DNA of 64,000 nt, taken from the NCBI GenBank assembly GCA_019828565.1, contig JAHDYR010000053.1, forward strand, positions 594,214 to 658,213, written 5' to 3'. The notes beneath the pieces are model-generated. The model was not told where the DNA came from. It ran no database searches and was given only the letters and a program-made list of their open reading frames with translations. This DNA is from Carpediemonas membranifera BICM (taxonomy: Eukaryota > Protista > Fornicata). Positions 9,600 to 20,748 of this stretch are shown one piece after another (the stretch's first letter is position 1; each line of letters begins with the position of its first letter). The position numbers and the translations under genes are program-made.

Positions 9600-11318
9600 T
9601 CATCTCCTGCTCCTATACACCATCCTATTGACACTCTCTGGCCTGTTCTGCGTCCCCCTCCGCTGTGTCACCCCCATGGCATCACTCGTAGGCGCACTCA
9701 ACCCACGAATCGGCCTGGCCGCGTCGCCCATATACCTTGGCAGGTTGACCTCCTTATGTTGGTTGATAAATCTCACAGGCTGGATCGGCATGTCCGCTCT
9801 ACGGTGCCAGTGCGATGAGAACTCGGGTGGGCCATAACCCCCGACGACTGTCTGAGCCTCCCGGCTCTGGATGAGGGGGTCTGCGGTGAAGAGGACAGAG
9901 TTGACGGCGTTCGGGTTGTCGTGCACGACTGGAATAAGCGTCCCTTCAAAAATGAGCCGATCATCTGCCATAATCTGCACATCTCTGGCGGCGCTGATCG
10001 GGGTCTTTGCATTGTTCATGATCTTGATCAGGCTGAGAGTGAACACGTCCTCGAACAGCAGATCGATCCGGGTTCCTCCGCGGGCCCCGAATTCAGCAGC
10101 CCAGGGCTTGCCTGCAAAGAGCTCGACGGCCTTGGCAGAGTCACCTGGGTATGTACCCACGCGGACCTGGTCGTCGTCCACCATGACCTGGTTGCCGTAC
10201 TTGTTGTAGACCTCGATACCGCCCAACGAGACCGTCCTTGGGTCGCCATATGTTGATCTGATCCAAATAGTGAGCGTCAGCATTGTCGGAAGGGCTTGGA
10301 CGACCTCACACGGGAGCTTGACCATCTGCCCGCCCTTGAGCGCGAGGTTGGGGGCCATGGTACATGTGGGCGTGACGTCAGTGATCGGAGACGATGAGGC
10401 AAGGACGAATGTCTGGCCGAAGTCCACGTGAGAGGTGCCTAGAGCCTTCCTGAGCTGCCACCCTGCCGGGCCAGTTACAATCTCGTCGTCTGCGAAGAGG
10501 AGGAAGTCTCTTACACCACGCGTGGTGTCTTCTACGTTCTTGTTGTAGTTCCACAGCCGTATCCCACTCACGGCGAACCTACCGTCGGGTAGTGCAAGGT
10601 TCCTGGTCTCTGGCTGGTCAAGTTTGATGACAATCAGCTGCGGTTTGCTGTCATCGAGCGTCGCCGGTGCCAGCCACATGTGAGTGTCGTCCGTCGTCAC
10701 GTTCTTACCGTCCACCAGCTTATCCGGCGTGCGGGAGTCGCCACCGTATCCCTCCATGATGTTGAGATCCCGTGGTGTTGGCTGGATCGCCTTGGCTGGG
10801 AGGGGAAGCACAGTGCCGTCGGCCAGGAGAACACGGAGGCCCGTTAGGCCGTAGTAGTACTCGTCGCCCCATGTACTGAGCACCCTGATGGTCAGTGTGC
10901 GGGCCTTGACATGTGGTATGCCGATTTCTTCCTCCTCAATTTCGACATGGCCAGTAACTTCGAGAGGAAGGTCCTCATCGCCGGCAGCAAGAGCGACGGT
11001 AGTTGTCATGTCTAGAGAGTCCGAGCTGAACATGAGGGGGTCCTCGCACTCGGCCTTGGGCGAAGACTCTGCGGGGTTGGCGAAGGTGCTGGTACGGAGT
11101 GGCTCCATGGTCGTGTTGGAGGGATATTGACCGACAATCTTAGGCTCAATGCCCTTCTTTGGCTTCTCTGGTTCTGAGAGAACTGGAGAGGCCTTGTTGA
11201 GGCGGTTATCGGATAGAGAGTGGGAAACGGACCGGTTGAGGAGATTTCTGGCATAGTGGAGAAGCTCAGTCTTCATCTCATCGTTGAGAGCATTATATAT
11301 ATCATTGAGCTCCTGCAT
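9600..11318 (-). CDS. KATNIP: Katanin-interacting protein KATNIP/KIAA0556 homologue (DUF4457 domains)
   Basis: STWGD.YY.GLTGL, PRDLN..DSRTPDKLVDG.N.TTDD.HMWLAP, IRLWNYNK..EDT.RGVRD, LRKA.G..DFGQ; second degenerate repeat (STYGD). Confidence 0.85.
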   Translation of the reverse strand: MQELNDIYNALNDEMKTELLHYARNLLNRSVSHSLSDNRLNKASPVLSEPEKPKKGIEPKIVGQYPSNTTMEPLRTSTFANPAESSPKAECEDPLMFSSDSLDMTTTVALAAGDEDLPLEVTGHVEIEEEEIGIPHVKARTLTIRVLSTWGDEYYYGLTGLRVLLADGTVLPLPAKAIQPTPRDLNIMEGYGGDSRTPDKLVDGKNVTTDDTHMWLAPATLDDSKPQLIVIKLDQPETRNLALPDGRFAVSGIRLWNYNKNVEDTTRGVRDFLLFADDEIVTGPAGWQLRKALGTSHVDFGQTFVLASSSPITDVTPTCTMAPNLALKGGQMVKLPCEVVQALPTMLTLTIWIRSTYGDPRTVSLGGIEVYNKYGNQVMVDDDQVRVGTYPGDSAKAVELFAGKPWAAEFGARGGTRIDLLFEDVFTLSLIKIMNNAKTPISAARDVQIMADDRLIFEGTLIPVVHDNPNAVNSVLFTADPLIQSREAQTVVGGYGPPEFSSHWHRRADMPIQPVRFINQHKEVNLPRYMGDAARPIRGLSAPTSDAMGVTQRRGTQNRPESVNRMVYRSRR

Positions 11319-11611
11319 CGCTTTCGATCACTCGCAGGGTCGCTCTGAAAACTCGGAGCCGAGACCTTAAAGTGCTCGGTGAAAAACGCAGGCTATGTGC
11401 GCGTGCATGCGGACCGGGTGAGTTGTACATGCTCAATATGGTCGTGCTCGCGGCTCTCATCATTGACAGCTCCAGGAGCGGTGTTCATGTTTTTCCCGAA
11501 TACGCCGAAAGACTCGCAAGGAGGTGGTGTTATCCAATCTTCCTCATTCCTGAAGCGACCTCCCTACTTGACGAACCAAACCTCATCCATAGTTTAGCCT
11601 AATAAAACACA

Positions 11612-14305
11612 CTACACCGTCCACTCCGCCGCCTGCTTCTCCGCATACACTGTGTCGACCGCCTCCACGACCGCCTCGCCGCACACGGGACACACCTCAC
11701 TGGCACAGCACGTCTGGTGGGCGATATGACCGCATGGAAAGACGGTCGTAGGGGCAAGCAGCGCCCTCCTCTTGCAAACAAAGCACACCTCGTCCACGGG
11801 CAAGGTCATGCGGCGACTGGTGAGGGTCTTGAGCTCAGCGCGGAGCCGGTCTGACGCGTCGATAGAGACATTCATCTTCTTTCTAAACCTGTCAGAATCG
11901 TAGGAGTACTGCTTGAGGCTCTCGCATATGGTGTCCTTGAACTCATTATCGATTACGTCAAAGGCCTTGAAGAACTGGAGAACGTCTTGCAGCTGGAGAT
12001 GTTCGCATGATTTGACGATCTCTAACGTGCGACTGACATCAATCTTACTTACATGTCGGACAATCATCGTCCACAGATCCTTCTTGACCGCCGAACTTGA
12101 TATCGCAGTCGACCCGGCAATCTCCATGGCCTGGTCGACATCGCCCAGAGCGAGGGCCCCCTCCACGCTGTCCTTCCACATACCCAGGGCCTGATAAATC
12201 CTGGTGACGACCTTGGGTCTATCCTTGCACAGCCGTAGGGAGTAATGCATGTCCAAGAGCCTGGCGTCGGGTGACACAAACATATCGAGCAGACTATCAT
12301 CGCCCTGGAGCTGGGCATACAGCATCATGAGGTACCGGAGACTCGTCGAGTCAGCCCGACCGCACTCCATCGACTCGCGGAGGAGTCGGATGTCTTGTGA
12401 CTCGGCCGAGCTGGAGTCAGAGTCGGGTTTGTACCGCAGGAGGTGGGGGACGAGCTTGCCGGGGGTGACGGCGCAACTCATGACGAGGGAGAGAAGCATC
12501 GACACGAGCTGGTAAGGCACGACTTCGACAAGGTCGCCGGCGTAGCGTTCCACAAGTGAAAGCTTCATTTTTGTATCTGGGATCTTCTCTAGATACGCCT
12601 GAGCCTCCTCGTACTTCCTTGACGCCATCAGCAGCGCCATAACCTGCTCGTGATGCCGCGTCTTCTCAGCAAAGAGTCTAAGGAGCTCGGGCCGGTTGTG
12701 GGCCCCAATGATATGATAAGCGCTCGTCCGATCCATCGAGGCGGCGTGTTTTCCAATGAACTGATGCATCGCTTTGTTGAGATCGCCCAAATCTGCTGTG
12801 ATTCTCGCCTTCTCGTCGTCGTCTCGCGAGTACGTGTATTGGAGCTCAAGCGTAGTCAGCCGGCACAGCATAGCTTCCAGCAGCCACACCCTGAGCGCTG
12901 CCAGCTGCGTCCTGTTGCTCGGCTTCACATACTTCAGCTTCGTCCGTAAATACGTAATAACGAGACCGGAAGAGTCGGGCTGGGTCTGAAGCTTCGGGAT
13001 GACGTGCTCCATGGCCACAGCGCAGCTCCCCCAGCACCTGGCGGCGGCTACAAGTCTCCCTTGGTCAAACAAATGGTCTCCCAAAGTCTCGCGAATCACG
13101 TGCATCTCTGCCTCAGATCTCGCGTTTGCCATGGCCTCTGCGAAGTTGCCCTGGCTCATGAGAATGCGCCACTGGTGCCTGTCTTCTGCCGTAATCTGCA
13201 CCTGGACAACGTCAATGGGCGAGTACAGCAGGATCATGTCGCTGTCGTAGCCGGCCAGACCTGTGAGGTGGTGGGTGAGGGGTAGGGCGCAGACCTGGCT
13301 CCTGTCCTTAGTGGAGAAGCCGTACAGCGTCGTCTCGGTGACGCAAAGGACGTGGTAGTCTGTCATGTAACAAAATGTGGTGCCCTCGGGTAGGTCTATA
13401 GTAAAGCTGTCCACTATGGCTTGCTCCATGTCCTTGCTAAACGCGAGTGTGGCTACGAGCAGCTGTCTGTCTGCCATCCAAGCGATGGAGTCGAGGTCGC
13501 AGCTATCGTTGTTGGGGTGCACGGCTACGACACTGCGGGCGGACTTGTCGGAGGAGGTCTGGTAGGAGAAGCTGAGGGCCTTGTGCTTGTCGGCGTGTGC
13601 CTTGGTGGTTTCTAGGAGAGAGATGGGGCCGTGGGGGAGGATCTCGAACATGAAGCGGTTGGTGTGGAAGCAGGCGTAGTAGCCGTCCAGGATGTCGTCA
13701 TCTGCGTCCTCGTCGTAGGTCACGAGCTTCTGGACGTTGCAGCTGACGATGCTGACCGAGTGCTTTTGGAGGAGGTTGTTGTTCTCCTTGGAACGGAGAG
13801 AGATCATCGGCGTGGCGAACAGACGGTCCTTCCGGTCATCCAACTTCTTGCCTGACGTCGAGATGCACCACACAGCCACCTGACCATCCGTGGTGCCGAC
13901 CATGAACTGGCCAGTGGAGTCATCGGTGACGTCGCGGTTGCTGAAGCCTGCGCACTCGATGTTGTTGTCAAAGCGCTTGTCTAGCTTGTGGATGACGCTG
14001 GCCCAGGCGGTATTGACGTAGTACAGGCCCTGCTCGGCGTTGATGATGAGATGCCGGCCGGAAGGGTCGCAGAACATCTTGATGACCTCGTTGGACTTCT
14101 TGGAAGAAGCCTTAAGCTTAATAATCTCCGCGGAGGGATCTATGCCGTTCTCGAGAAAGCTCGATTCGTCTTGGAGGAGCACTTGGCCGTCGGTAAGGGC
14201 GAAGAAGATGTAGTTCTGGGAAACGAGCATGTTCTTGATGCTCGCACCCCTTGTTAGGGAAAATGAAAGATTGGCGAAGGAGAAAATATCATCCAGTTCC
14301 TCCAT
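11612..14305 (-). CDS. VPS18: Vps18/Pep3, HOPS/CORVET subunit
   Basis: N-terminal propeller (CDPSGRHLI, TDYH), clathrin-like helical region (WLLE, KKDLW, LQDVL.FF..F..I), C-terminal RING C..C...FPCGH..H..C..CPVCGE. Confidence 0.9.
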   Translation of the reverse strand: MEELDDIFSFANLSFSLTRGASIKNMLVSQNYIFFALTDGQVLLQDESSFLENGIDPSAEIIKLKASSKKSNEVIKMFCDPSGRHLIINAEQGLYYVNTAWASVIHKLDKRFDNNIECAGFSNRDVTDDSTGQFMVGTTDGQVAVWCISTSGKKLDDRKDRLFATPMISLRSKENNNLLQKHSVSIVSCNVQKLVTYDEDADDDILDGYYACFHTNRFMFEILPHGPISLLETTKAHADKHKALSFSYQTSSDKSARSVVAVHPNNDSCDLDSIAWMADRQLLVATLAFSKDMEQAIVDSFTIDLPEGTTFCYMTDYHVLCVTETTLYGFSTKDRSQVCALPLTHHLTGLAGYDSDMILLYSPIDVVQVQITAEDRHQWRILMSQGNFAEAMANARSEAEMHVIRETLGDHLFDQGRLVAAARCWGSCAVAMEHVIPKLQTQPDSSGLVITYLRTKLKYVKPSNRTQLAALRVWLLEAMLCRLTTLELQYTYSRDDDEKARITADLGDLNKAMHQFIGKHAASMDRTSAYHIIGAHNRPELLRLFAEKTRHHEQVMALLMASRKYEEAQAYLEKIPDTKMKLSLVERYAGDLVEVVPYQLVSMLLSLVMSCAVTPGKLVPHLLRYKPDSDSSSAESQDIRLLRESMECGRADSTSLRYLMMLYAQLQGDDSLLDMFVSPDARLLDMHYSLRLCKDRPKVVTRIYQALGMWKDSVEGALALGDVDQAMEIAGSTAISSSAVKKDLWTMIVRHVSKIDVSRTLEIVKSCEHLQLQDVLQFFKAFDVIDNEFKDTICESLKQYSYDSDRFRKKMNVSIDASDRLRAELKTLTSRRMTLPVDEVCFVCKRRALLAPTTVFPCGHIAHQTCCASEVCPVCGEAVVEAVDTVYAEKQAAEWTV

Positions 14306-14474
14306 TCGGGCCTCGTCGTGTCTTGGCCGGTGCAGTTTATGAATTCTCGTTTATCTCACGTAAATCGACGGCTTGACTCACCAGTCGCACTGGGCGACGC
14401 CCTAGTTAGTGTGAAAATCCCACATAGCCCTCTATCTGGCAGGCTAGGATGGTGGGGGCCTTGAAACCATTGCT

Positions 14475-15830
14475 CCATGACATGAAAGGGACATCGCCTG
14501 CATCGGACATTCACCAGATCGTCAATATTAAGCTTTACAAATGGCGCTACAAACGTCCATTGTCTGAGGAATCTAGGCTTAGTAGTTTCTGTAGTTGTCG
14601 GCCAGGCCGGGTCTGCGCCCCGCGCCATAGCCGTAGTTGAGCCCGCCGTATGTTGGCCGGGCAGGCGCGGCGGCCGTGAACTGGCGGCCGGCCGTGGTGG
14701 CCTCGCGCGTCTTCAGGCTCTGCTCGCGGCGTGTCGCTTCGGTCTCGCGGCGGGCGACGGCGGCCTCTCTCCTCTCGAGGTCGGCCTCGCGTCTGCGAAC
14801 CTCAGCCTCACGTCTGTCGAGCTCACGCTCGCGGCGGTCCGCAACGGACTCGTCGGAGGGCTCGGACGCGGCCTCCTGCGAGGGCGCCGTCTTGTTGATC
14901 GTCGCGAGGATCTTCGCCATGCGGGGGTTGCTCTCGAGTGACGCCGCGGACGGCCTGCGCACGGGCGACTTGTCGAGCATCGTGTTGATGAGCGCGATGA
15001 GCTCGTCGTCGCGGCCGCGGATCGGGAGCGGCGACTCGCGCAGGATCTTGCGGTTGAGCGTCTCCTGGGTCGTCGCGGTGAAGGGCGGGTTGAGCGTGGC
15101 CAGCTCGTAGATAACGCAGCCGAGCGACCAGATGTCGCACTTGTCGTCGTAGGGCCGCTTCTGGATCTGCTCGGGCGACATGTACAGGGGCGTGCCGACG
15201 TTGGTGAAGGCGTAGCTGTTCGCGTTGAGCTCTCTCGCGAGGCCGAAGTCGCCGAGCTTGACGCACTGGCCCTCGCCGATCATGATGTTGCCGGGCTTGA
15301 TGTCGCGGTGCAGGATCTCGGTCGGCTTGCGCGTGTGGCAGGCCGCGAGCGCGGACACCATCTGCGCGAACACGCTCCAGATCACGTCGTCGCGGATCGG
15401 GCGGGCCTCGCGCTTGTGGCGGCGGATGTAGGCGGCGAGATCGCCACCAGCGCAGTATTCCATGAAGACCGTGAGCTTCCCGGCCTCCCTGTTGACGTCG
15501 CGGTCGATGTAGCGCACGATATTCGGGTGCGAGAGGTCGCGGAGGATGTTGACCTCGTCCACGAGCAGCTTCTTCTCCTTCTCGCTCATGCGCGCGTACT
15601 TCACGATCTTCGCCGCCATAATCTCGCCGTTCCGTTCCACCTTCATCACCTGGCCGAAAGAGCCGCGGCCGAGTTCCTCGATTGTCTTGTATTCAGCCAT
15701 CGTGCAGAATTTGCCGAATTCTCAAACTGCCCCAGAGTCGCCTGGCCAATCCGGAACAGCGAAAATCACAAACCCGACCCGCGGCCAGCATGCAGAATTT
15801 ACAGCACCCCGCTCATGGCGTAGGCAGCGG
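14475..15830. repeat. Segmental duplication, copy 2 (derived copy)
   Basis: Matches 737..2092; carries the last 18 nt of the RING E3 gene (PLPTP*) as an orphan at 15813..15830. Confidence 0.95.
14579..15700 (-). CDS. NEK: NEK kinase, copy 2 (protein identical to 841..1962)
   Basis: Identical translation; one synonymous change seen (15470). Confidence 0.95.
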   Translation of the reverse strand: MAEYKTIEELGRGSFGQVMKVERNGEIMAAKIVKYARMSEKEKKLLVDEVNILRDLSHPNIVRYIDRDVNREAGKLTVFMEYCAGGDLAAYIRRHKREARPIRDDVIWSVFAQMVSALAACHTRKPTEILHRDIKPGNIMIGEGQCVKLGDFGLARELNANSYAFTNVGTPLYMSPEQIQKRPYDDKCDIWSLGCVIYELATLNPPFTATTQETLNRKILRESPLPIRGRDDELIALINTMLDKSPVRRPSAASLESNPRMAKILATINKTAPSQEAASEPSDESVADRRERELDRREAEVRRREADLERREAAVARRETEATRREQSLKTREATTAGRQFTAAAPARPTYGGLNYGYGAGRRPGLADNYRNY

Positions 15831-16039
15831 CGTTCCTTTTGTCGCGATCGTCAGCCCAATGTCTGGCGGCATTCTGTCATTCTTGACCTAGACCTGACGG
15901 CAAGCTCCTCCGATCTCCTACTAGTCATACCCGCCCGGTGTCACTGTGCCTCCTGAACACCGAGATGTCCTCTCTGCCGACACCCAAGAGATGAGTTGAC
16001 AACCAACACAGGCCAACTTATAGACATTTAACGAAGGAC

Positions 16040-16783
16040 TTAATTAAGCACGACCGACTCATACGTGGCGATCATGTACTTGAGGTTGATAAAGGCATCA
16101 TCGCCGCCGTGGAGCTCGAGCAGCTCGAGGGTCTCCTGGATCAAGTCGCCGATGTTCTGGCGCTTCCTCTGCCCGTATTCGATGCGATCGCCCAGGTTGA
16201 CGTTCTTGTTCTTGAACAGGTTAAGGACGGGGAGGATCTGGCGGTAGTAGGGGACGAGCGCCTCGCCGACCATCTCTCCGCTGACCACGAGGAGCTGGAG
16301 AACCTCGAGGACGTTGCAGATGATCTCGGGGTCACGGGTGTTGAGCGCCTTCTTGATCGGGATGATGAGCTGCGGGATCACGGGGAGAATCTTGCCACCG
16401 CCGTGCTCGAGCATGTTGGCGACACCTTCGCGGGCCAGGAACTTGTAAGGGTGCTGCTTCTCACGCAGACCCTCAAAGAAGACGGGCAGGTAGTGGTGGT
16501 AGTCGAGCTTCTCGATTTCTACCTTCCATTGGATCTTGTTGCCGATAGCATGGTGCTCAACAGCTATGGGGAGGTCTCCGCGCTCATAGTACTTTCTAAA
16601 GATAGTAGGCGATGGCGCGCGCACCTTGAACGCTGGGTTCGTTGGTTTCATACAGGTGAGGGATGTTTGCTCGAGTCGAATTTTTCGAGCAGCCAAATAA
16701 TTCCAGCGATGGAGGCAGCGTCTGCTGTACTTGTCTATTGTATCCGGCCGTACGCCTGAGCCCAGAGGCGGCCGACTAATCAT
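16040..16783 (-). CDS. PACRG: PACRG, axonemal inner-junction protein
   Basis: [58 protein letters not shown]; start may be 16783 or 16651. Confidence 0.96.
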   Translation of the reverse strand: MISRPPLGSGVRPDTIDKYSRRCLHRWNYLAARKIRLEQTSLTCMKPTNPAFKVRAPSPTIFRKYYERGDLPIAVEHHAIGNKIQWKVEIEKLDYHHYLPVFFEGLREKQHPYKFLAREGVANMLEHGGGKILPVIPQLIIPIKKALNTRDPEIICNVLEVLQLLVVSGEMVGEALVPYYRQILPVLNLFKNKNVNLGDRIEYGQRKRQNIGDLIQETLELLELHGGDDAFINLKYMIATYESVVLN

Positions 16784-16828
16784 TTTTTGCAAGAAAAAAT
16801 CTGATGGAAACGAGAGGTTGTACCGGGC

Positions 16829-17608
16829 ATGCCGCAGGGTGATTATATCGATCTTCACCGGAAGCGCTTCGGTCGCCGCTTGGATTATGAGGAACGCATG
16901 CGGAAGAAGGAGGCTCGTGAACCACACCGGATCTCAAAGCTTGCCCAGAAGCAGCATGGGCTGAAGGCGAAGCTGTTCGCGCAAGAACGGAGGGCTGAAA
17001 AGATCAAGATGAAGAAAACTATCGCCGCCCACAAGCAGCGCGATCAGAAGCAGAAGGAGGCCAAGCTGGATGAGGGCGACACGCCCGTCTACCTCCTTGA
17101 CCGCCAGCAGGAGAAGCGCGCCAAGGTTCTCTCGAATATGCTTAAGCAGAAGAAGAAGGAGAAGGCCGGCAAGTGGGATGTCCCGATCGCGAAGGTCAAG
17201 CCCGTTTCCGAGGAGGAGATGTTCAAGATCATCCGCACGGGCAAGCGCCAGAAGAAGCAGTGGAAGCGCAAGGTCACCAAGATCACATTCGTCGGCGAGG
17301 GCTTCACCCGCAAGCCCCCGAAGTACGAGCGCTACATCCGGCCGTCTGCCCTCCGTATGAAGAAGGCGAACGTCACCCACCCAGAGCTCCAGGCGACCTT
17401 CCAGCTCGACATCCTCGGCGTGAAGAGGAACCCGTCGTCGGCGCTGTACACCAACCTCGGAGTGATCACGAAGGGGACGATTGTCGAGGTCAATGTGTCT
17501 GACCTCGGCCTCGTAACCCAGACGGGCAAGGTCGTCTGGGGCAAGTATGCGCAGGTCACGAACAACCCGGAGAACGACGGCTGCATCAACGCCATCCTCA
17601 TGGTCTGA
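16829..17608 (+). CDS. NSA2: Ribosome biogenesis protein NSA2
   Basis: [51 protein letters not shown]. Confidence 0.97.
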   Translation: MPQGDYIDLHRKRFGRRLDYEERMRKKEAREPHRISKLAQKQHGLKAKLFAQERRAEKIKMKKTIAAHKQRDQKQKEAKLDEGDTPVYLLDRQQEKRAKVLSNMLKQKKKEKAGKWDVPIAKVKPVSEEEMFKIIRTGKRQKKQWKRKVTKITFVGEGFTRKPPKYERYIRPSALRMKKANVTHPELQATFQLDILGVKRNPSSALYTNLGVITKGTIVEVNVSDLGLVTQTGKVVWGKYAQVTNNPENDGCINAILMV

Positions 17609-17871
17609 GTAGCGCAGCTCATTTATCGCGGCGCATGTATAAATTCCGGCTTAATAGCTCTGACCGGTGATGCAAAGGTAGATTCAAGGGTCGAGTCGAC
17701 GATGGGCCACCCGAGACCCAGGCCAGGTCTCCCATGCAGGACAGAGCCGACTGGACTCCGGACCGGGCAGCAATCAGCATCTCTACTTATGTGTCTTGGG
17801 GATGAGGTACATTTCGCAGACTCGTGATGCTCATCATTTGATGCGCGAGCAGTTTAAGTCCCACAAAGCAG

Positions 17872-20475
17872 ATGTCCCAAGATTTCGAGTTGAAAGACGC
17901 CGCAGGCAAGATTTGGCCTTTGGATTTTCTTACGACATATTGGTCTCATTTGCTTGCTTTCATTCTTCCTTTTCTTCTCGTTTTTTTGGGTTACCTTTTG
18001 CGGGGTTCCAAGGAAATGCTTGTTTCTGCCTTGTCTGGCATATTGTCGAGCTGCCTAGAACGTATTTGCAACCACGTCGGCTTGCTGCCTCCGAAAGTCC
18101 GCAAAGACCCGATTGACTATGAAAAGAATCTTCGAGACCGTCTCAGCGTCATATATCAGTCTCGCATCGCTGTCCTCCTGCCAAACCGCGTCAAGCTGGT
18201 CAAAGAAATTGCCACAAGCTTGGGCACATACCGAGCGTCTAAACGAGTCCGTGGTGTCTGGAAAGCATCCGAGGCACTCATGCGGCTGGCTATCGACTGG
18301 CCCGAGGACTGGCAGACTGTCGACGCCACGAAGATCAAAAAGCTGGACAAGTGCATCAACAAGTTCGCCGAGTCGCTTGATGATACAAGGCGTGTGAGCA
18401 AAGTCGCCTCTGCGCCAGACTTCTACAGGCTGAAGCTCTATCACACCGATGTCAGCAATAACTTCGACTTCCGTCGGGTCTGCAACATCAAGGTCGAATG
18501 TCCGAATAACAGTTATGGGGAAGAGAAGGACGTATTCAGGTCAACCCTCCCTCTTCATGACATCACCCCCGAGCCAAACAAACGAAACGACGCCAAGTTC
18601 TACAGTGGAGAGTACTTCGAGTGGAAAGAAGACGAGCTCACTCGCTCGGATGTTCTCATCAAACTCGTCACACTGCCTGATGATCTCACGAGAAAGGCGA
18701 GGGAAGACTTGGTGCGCAACCTCAATGTCCGTGCGAAATTTACACCACAAAATCACCCACCTCTGCTGCACTACGCCGTGGGTGCGACCAAGGTGCTGTT
18801 GGTGTTCAAGGGGACAAATTCTGACGATAAGAGCGACGGATTCTACAGCGACTGGCCTAGTGAGATTATCAAAGCGTTGTTGAAGCGTGATGGATCAACT
18901 AACCAGGCTCGATTCGAGCGATCCATTATTGTGAGCGGCAGGGGATCTTCTAAGACTGTATACAAGGCATTCGACTCCGAGGAGAAGGTCGACGTGGCCT
19001 GGTGTGAGATCAGGATGAAAGATCCCAATGATAAGAGCGCGACCGAGAAGGAAGAGCAGGAAATTGTGCTACTGGCTCTTCTAGAGCATGATCACATCAT
19101 ATCATACGTTCACTACTGGAGGGATGAAGAACAAAACAAGCACATACTCATCACTGAACTTATGTCCGGCACCCTGCGCCAGTACGTCGAGAATAGGCCG
19201 ACCATGCGTCTCAGCGAGATCGCCAAGTATAGTCTCCAGATCCTATCGGGCCTCAGCTACATGCACGCGTTTAAGCCGTCCATCATACACCGCGACTTGA
19301 AGTGCGAGAACATCTTCATCGACAGTAGCAGCGGCAAGGTCAAGATCGGCGACTTCGGGGTCTCCCACGTCCTCGAGGGAACTCACGCCGAGACATTGAC
19401 GGGCACACCAGCGTTCATGGCCCCTGAGATCTATGATACGGCATACGATGAAGGTGTCGACGTCTATTCGCTCGGGATGTGCGTCCTCGAGATGGCCACG
19501 GGCACGATTCCCTATGGAGAGTGCAAGAATATGGTTCAGATAGACAAGAAGGCCTCCAAGGGCATCCCCCCCGACTCACTAGCCACTGTCACAGACGACA
19601 CCGTCCGGGACTTTATCCAGCGCTGCCTTCTCCCGCGCGACACCCGCCCCTCCGTCAAAGACCTCGCCACCCACCCCCTCATGCTCGGCGACCGTCTGGA
19701 GGTCCAAGCGGACGGGACCTTTATTATTGTCACACTCGACCTGCCCATCGCGGGTCAGCCTCGGGAAGTCGTGTTCCAGTACGACGAGACGGAAGGCAGA
19801 CTCGAGGATCTCGCCCGGCAGTGTTTGGCCGAGCTTCACTTGGACGAGGCAGACGCCCACGGCATCACAGCTGAGAGTTTGGCTGAACGGATTCGTGCCG
19901 TCCGTCAGTGCCGCCCATTGCAGATCACGAACGATAGCATCATCGCCATCCGAGACCTTCTGACGACTGAGAAGGTTGAGGGGGTTGTCGCGGTCGACTC
20001 TGAGACCTTATCCTATGACCCTCGGAAGCTGTGTTGGGACGATCCTGTCTGCAACAAGGCCGATTGCTCCTGCATTCATCTCTCCCGCCCCGAGGACCGT
20101 AACAAGGCTGGGATCGCTCCAATCACCCCCGCCAATGCCCTGGTTATCTGGTTTTGGGCTATTCACGAAAATGCCTTCTGGGAAAATAACCGCAAGAAGT
20201 ATGTTATTGGAGCCAAAGTCTGTTTCAACACCCCCGAGGCCCAGTGCCAGGTCACAGAGTGTTTTCATTATGAGACTGATGAAAGGCGGAAGCACTGGAG
20301 CCCTGATGTTGATGCCATAATCCGGGACAAGAATCTGCGTGACACTGCCGACGACCGTCTGATGCTGCTGGAGCGTCTCCATGCCCACCTGGCTGAGTTC
20401 TGTCAACATAACGGCCTGGTTGCACCCCCTTTCGTGTGCGCTGCAGCACAAGCCGACGAGCCCGCCGTCGCTTGA
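17872..20475 (+). CDS. WNK-family kinase with N-terminal TM/extension and C-terminal CCCH-like finger
   Basis: GRGSSKTVYKAFD..VAWCE (catalytic Lys in subdomain I, no VAIK Lys), HRDLKCENIF, KIGDFG, GTPAFMAPE. Confidence 0.88.
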   Translation: MSQDFELKDAAGKIWPLDFLTTYWSHLLAFILPFLLVFLGYLLRGSKEMLVSALSGILSSCLERICNHVGLLPPKVRKDPIDYEKNLRDRLSVIYQSRIAVLLPNRVKLVKEIATSLGTYRASKRVRGVWKASEALMRLAIDWPEDWQTVDATKIKKLDKCINKFAESLDDTRRVSKVASAPDFYRLKLYHTDVSNNFDFRRVCNIKVECPNNSYGEEKDVFRSTLPLHDITPEPNKRNDAKFYSGEYFEWKEDELTRSDVLIKLVTLPDDLTRKAREDLVRNLNVRAKFTPQNHPPLLHYAVGATKVLLVFKGTNSDDKSDGFYSDWPSEIIKALLKRDGSTNQARFERSIIVSGRGSSKTVYKAFDSEEKVDVAWCEIRMKDPNDKSATEKEEQEIVLLALLEHDHIISYVHYWRDEEQNKHILITELMSGTLRQYVENRPTMRLSEIAKYSLQILSGLSYMHAFKPSIIHRDLKCENIFIDSSSGKVKIGDFGVSHVLEGTHAETLTGTPAFMAPEIYDTAYDEGVDVYSLGMCVLEMATGTIPYGECKNMVQIDKKASKGIPPDSLATVTDDTVRDFIQRCLLPRDTRPSVKDLATHPLMLGDRLEVQADGTFIIVTLDLPIAGQPREVVFQYDETEGRLEDLARQCLAELHLDEADAHGITAESLAERIRAVRQCRPLQITNDSIIAIRDLLTTEKVEGVVAVDSETLSYDPRKLCWDDPVCNKADCSCIHLSRPEDRNKAGIAPITPANALVIWFWAIHENAFWENNRKKYVIGAKVCFNTPEAQCQVTECFHYETDERRKHWSPDVDAIIRDKNLRDTADDRLMLLERLHAHLAEFCQHNGLVAPPFVCAAAQADEPAVA

Positions 20476-20748
20476 CTAATGTCTGTTGTATCCCTGAAAT
20501 AAATGACCCGCTCTTTCTGCATGAACGGTGGGATCCATCTGACTCCGGTCGGCGGTCTGTCGTCTTGTACAATCTCATTACAAATTCCTCTTGAATGTAA
20601 GCTTTTTGACCCTGGTGCCAAGATCGTTGAGTCGACCGGAAAACAAATCAATCAATGTGTCTCTTTGGACTGTATCAAGCCGCCCCGTGACCAATCCTGG
20701 ATAGTATCGCTGTTGGCCCCCCAAGCTGCCAATCAAATTGTGCAGTTT

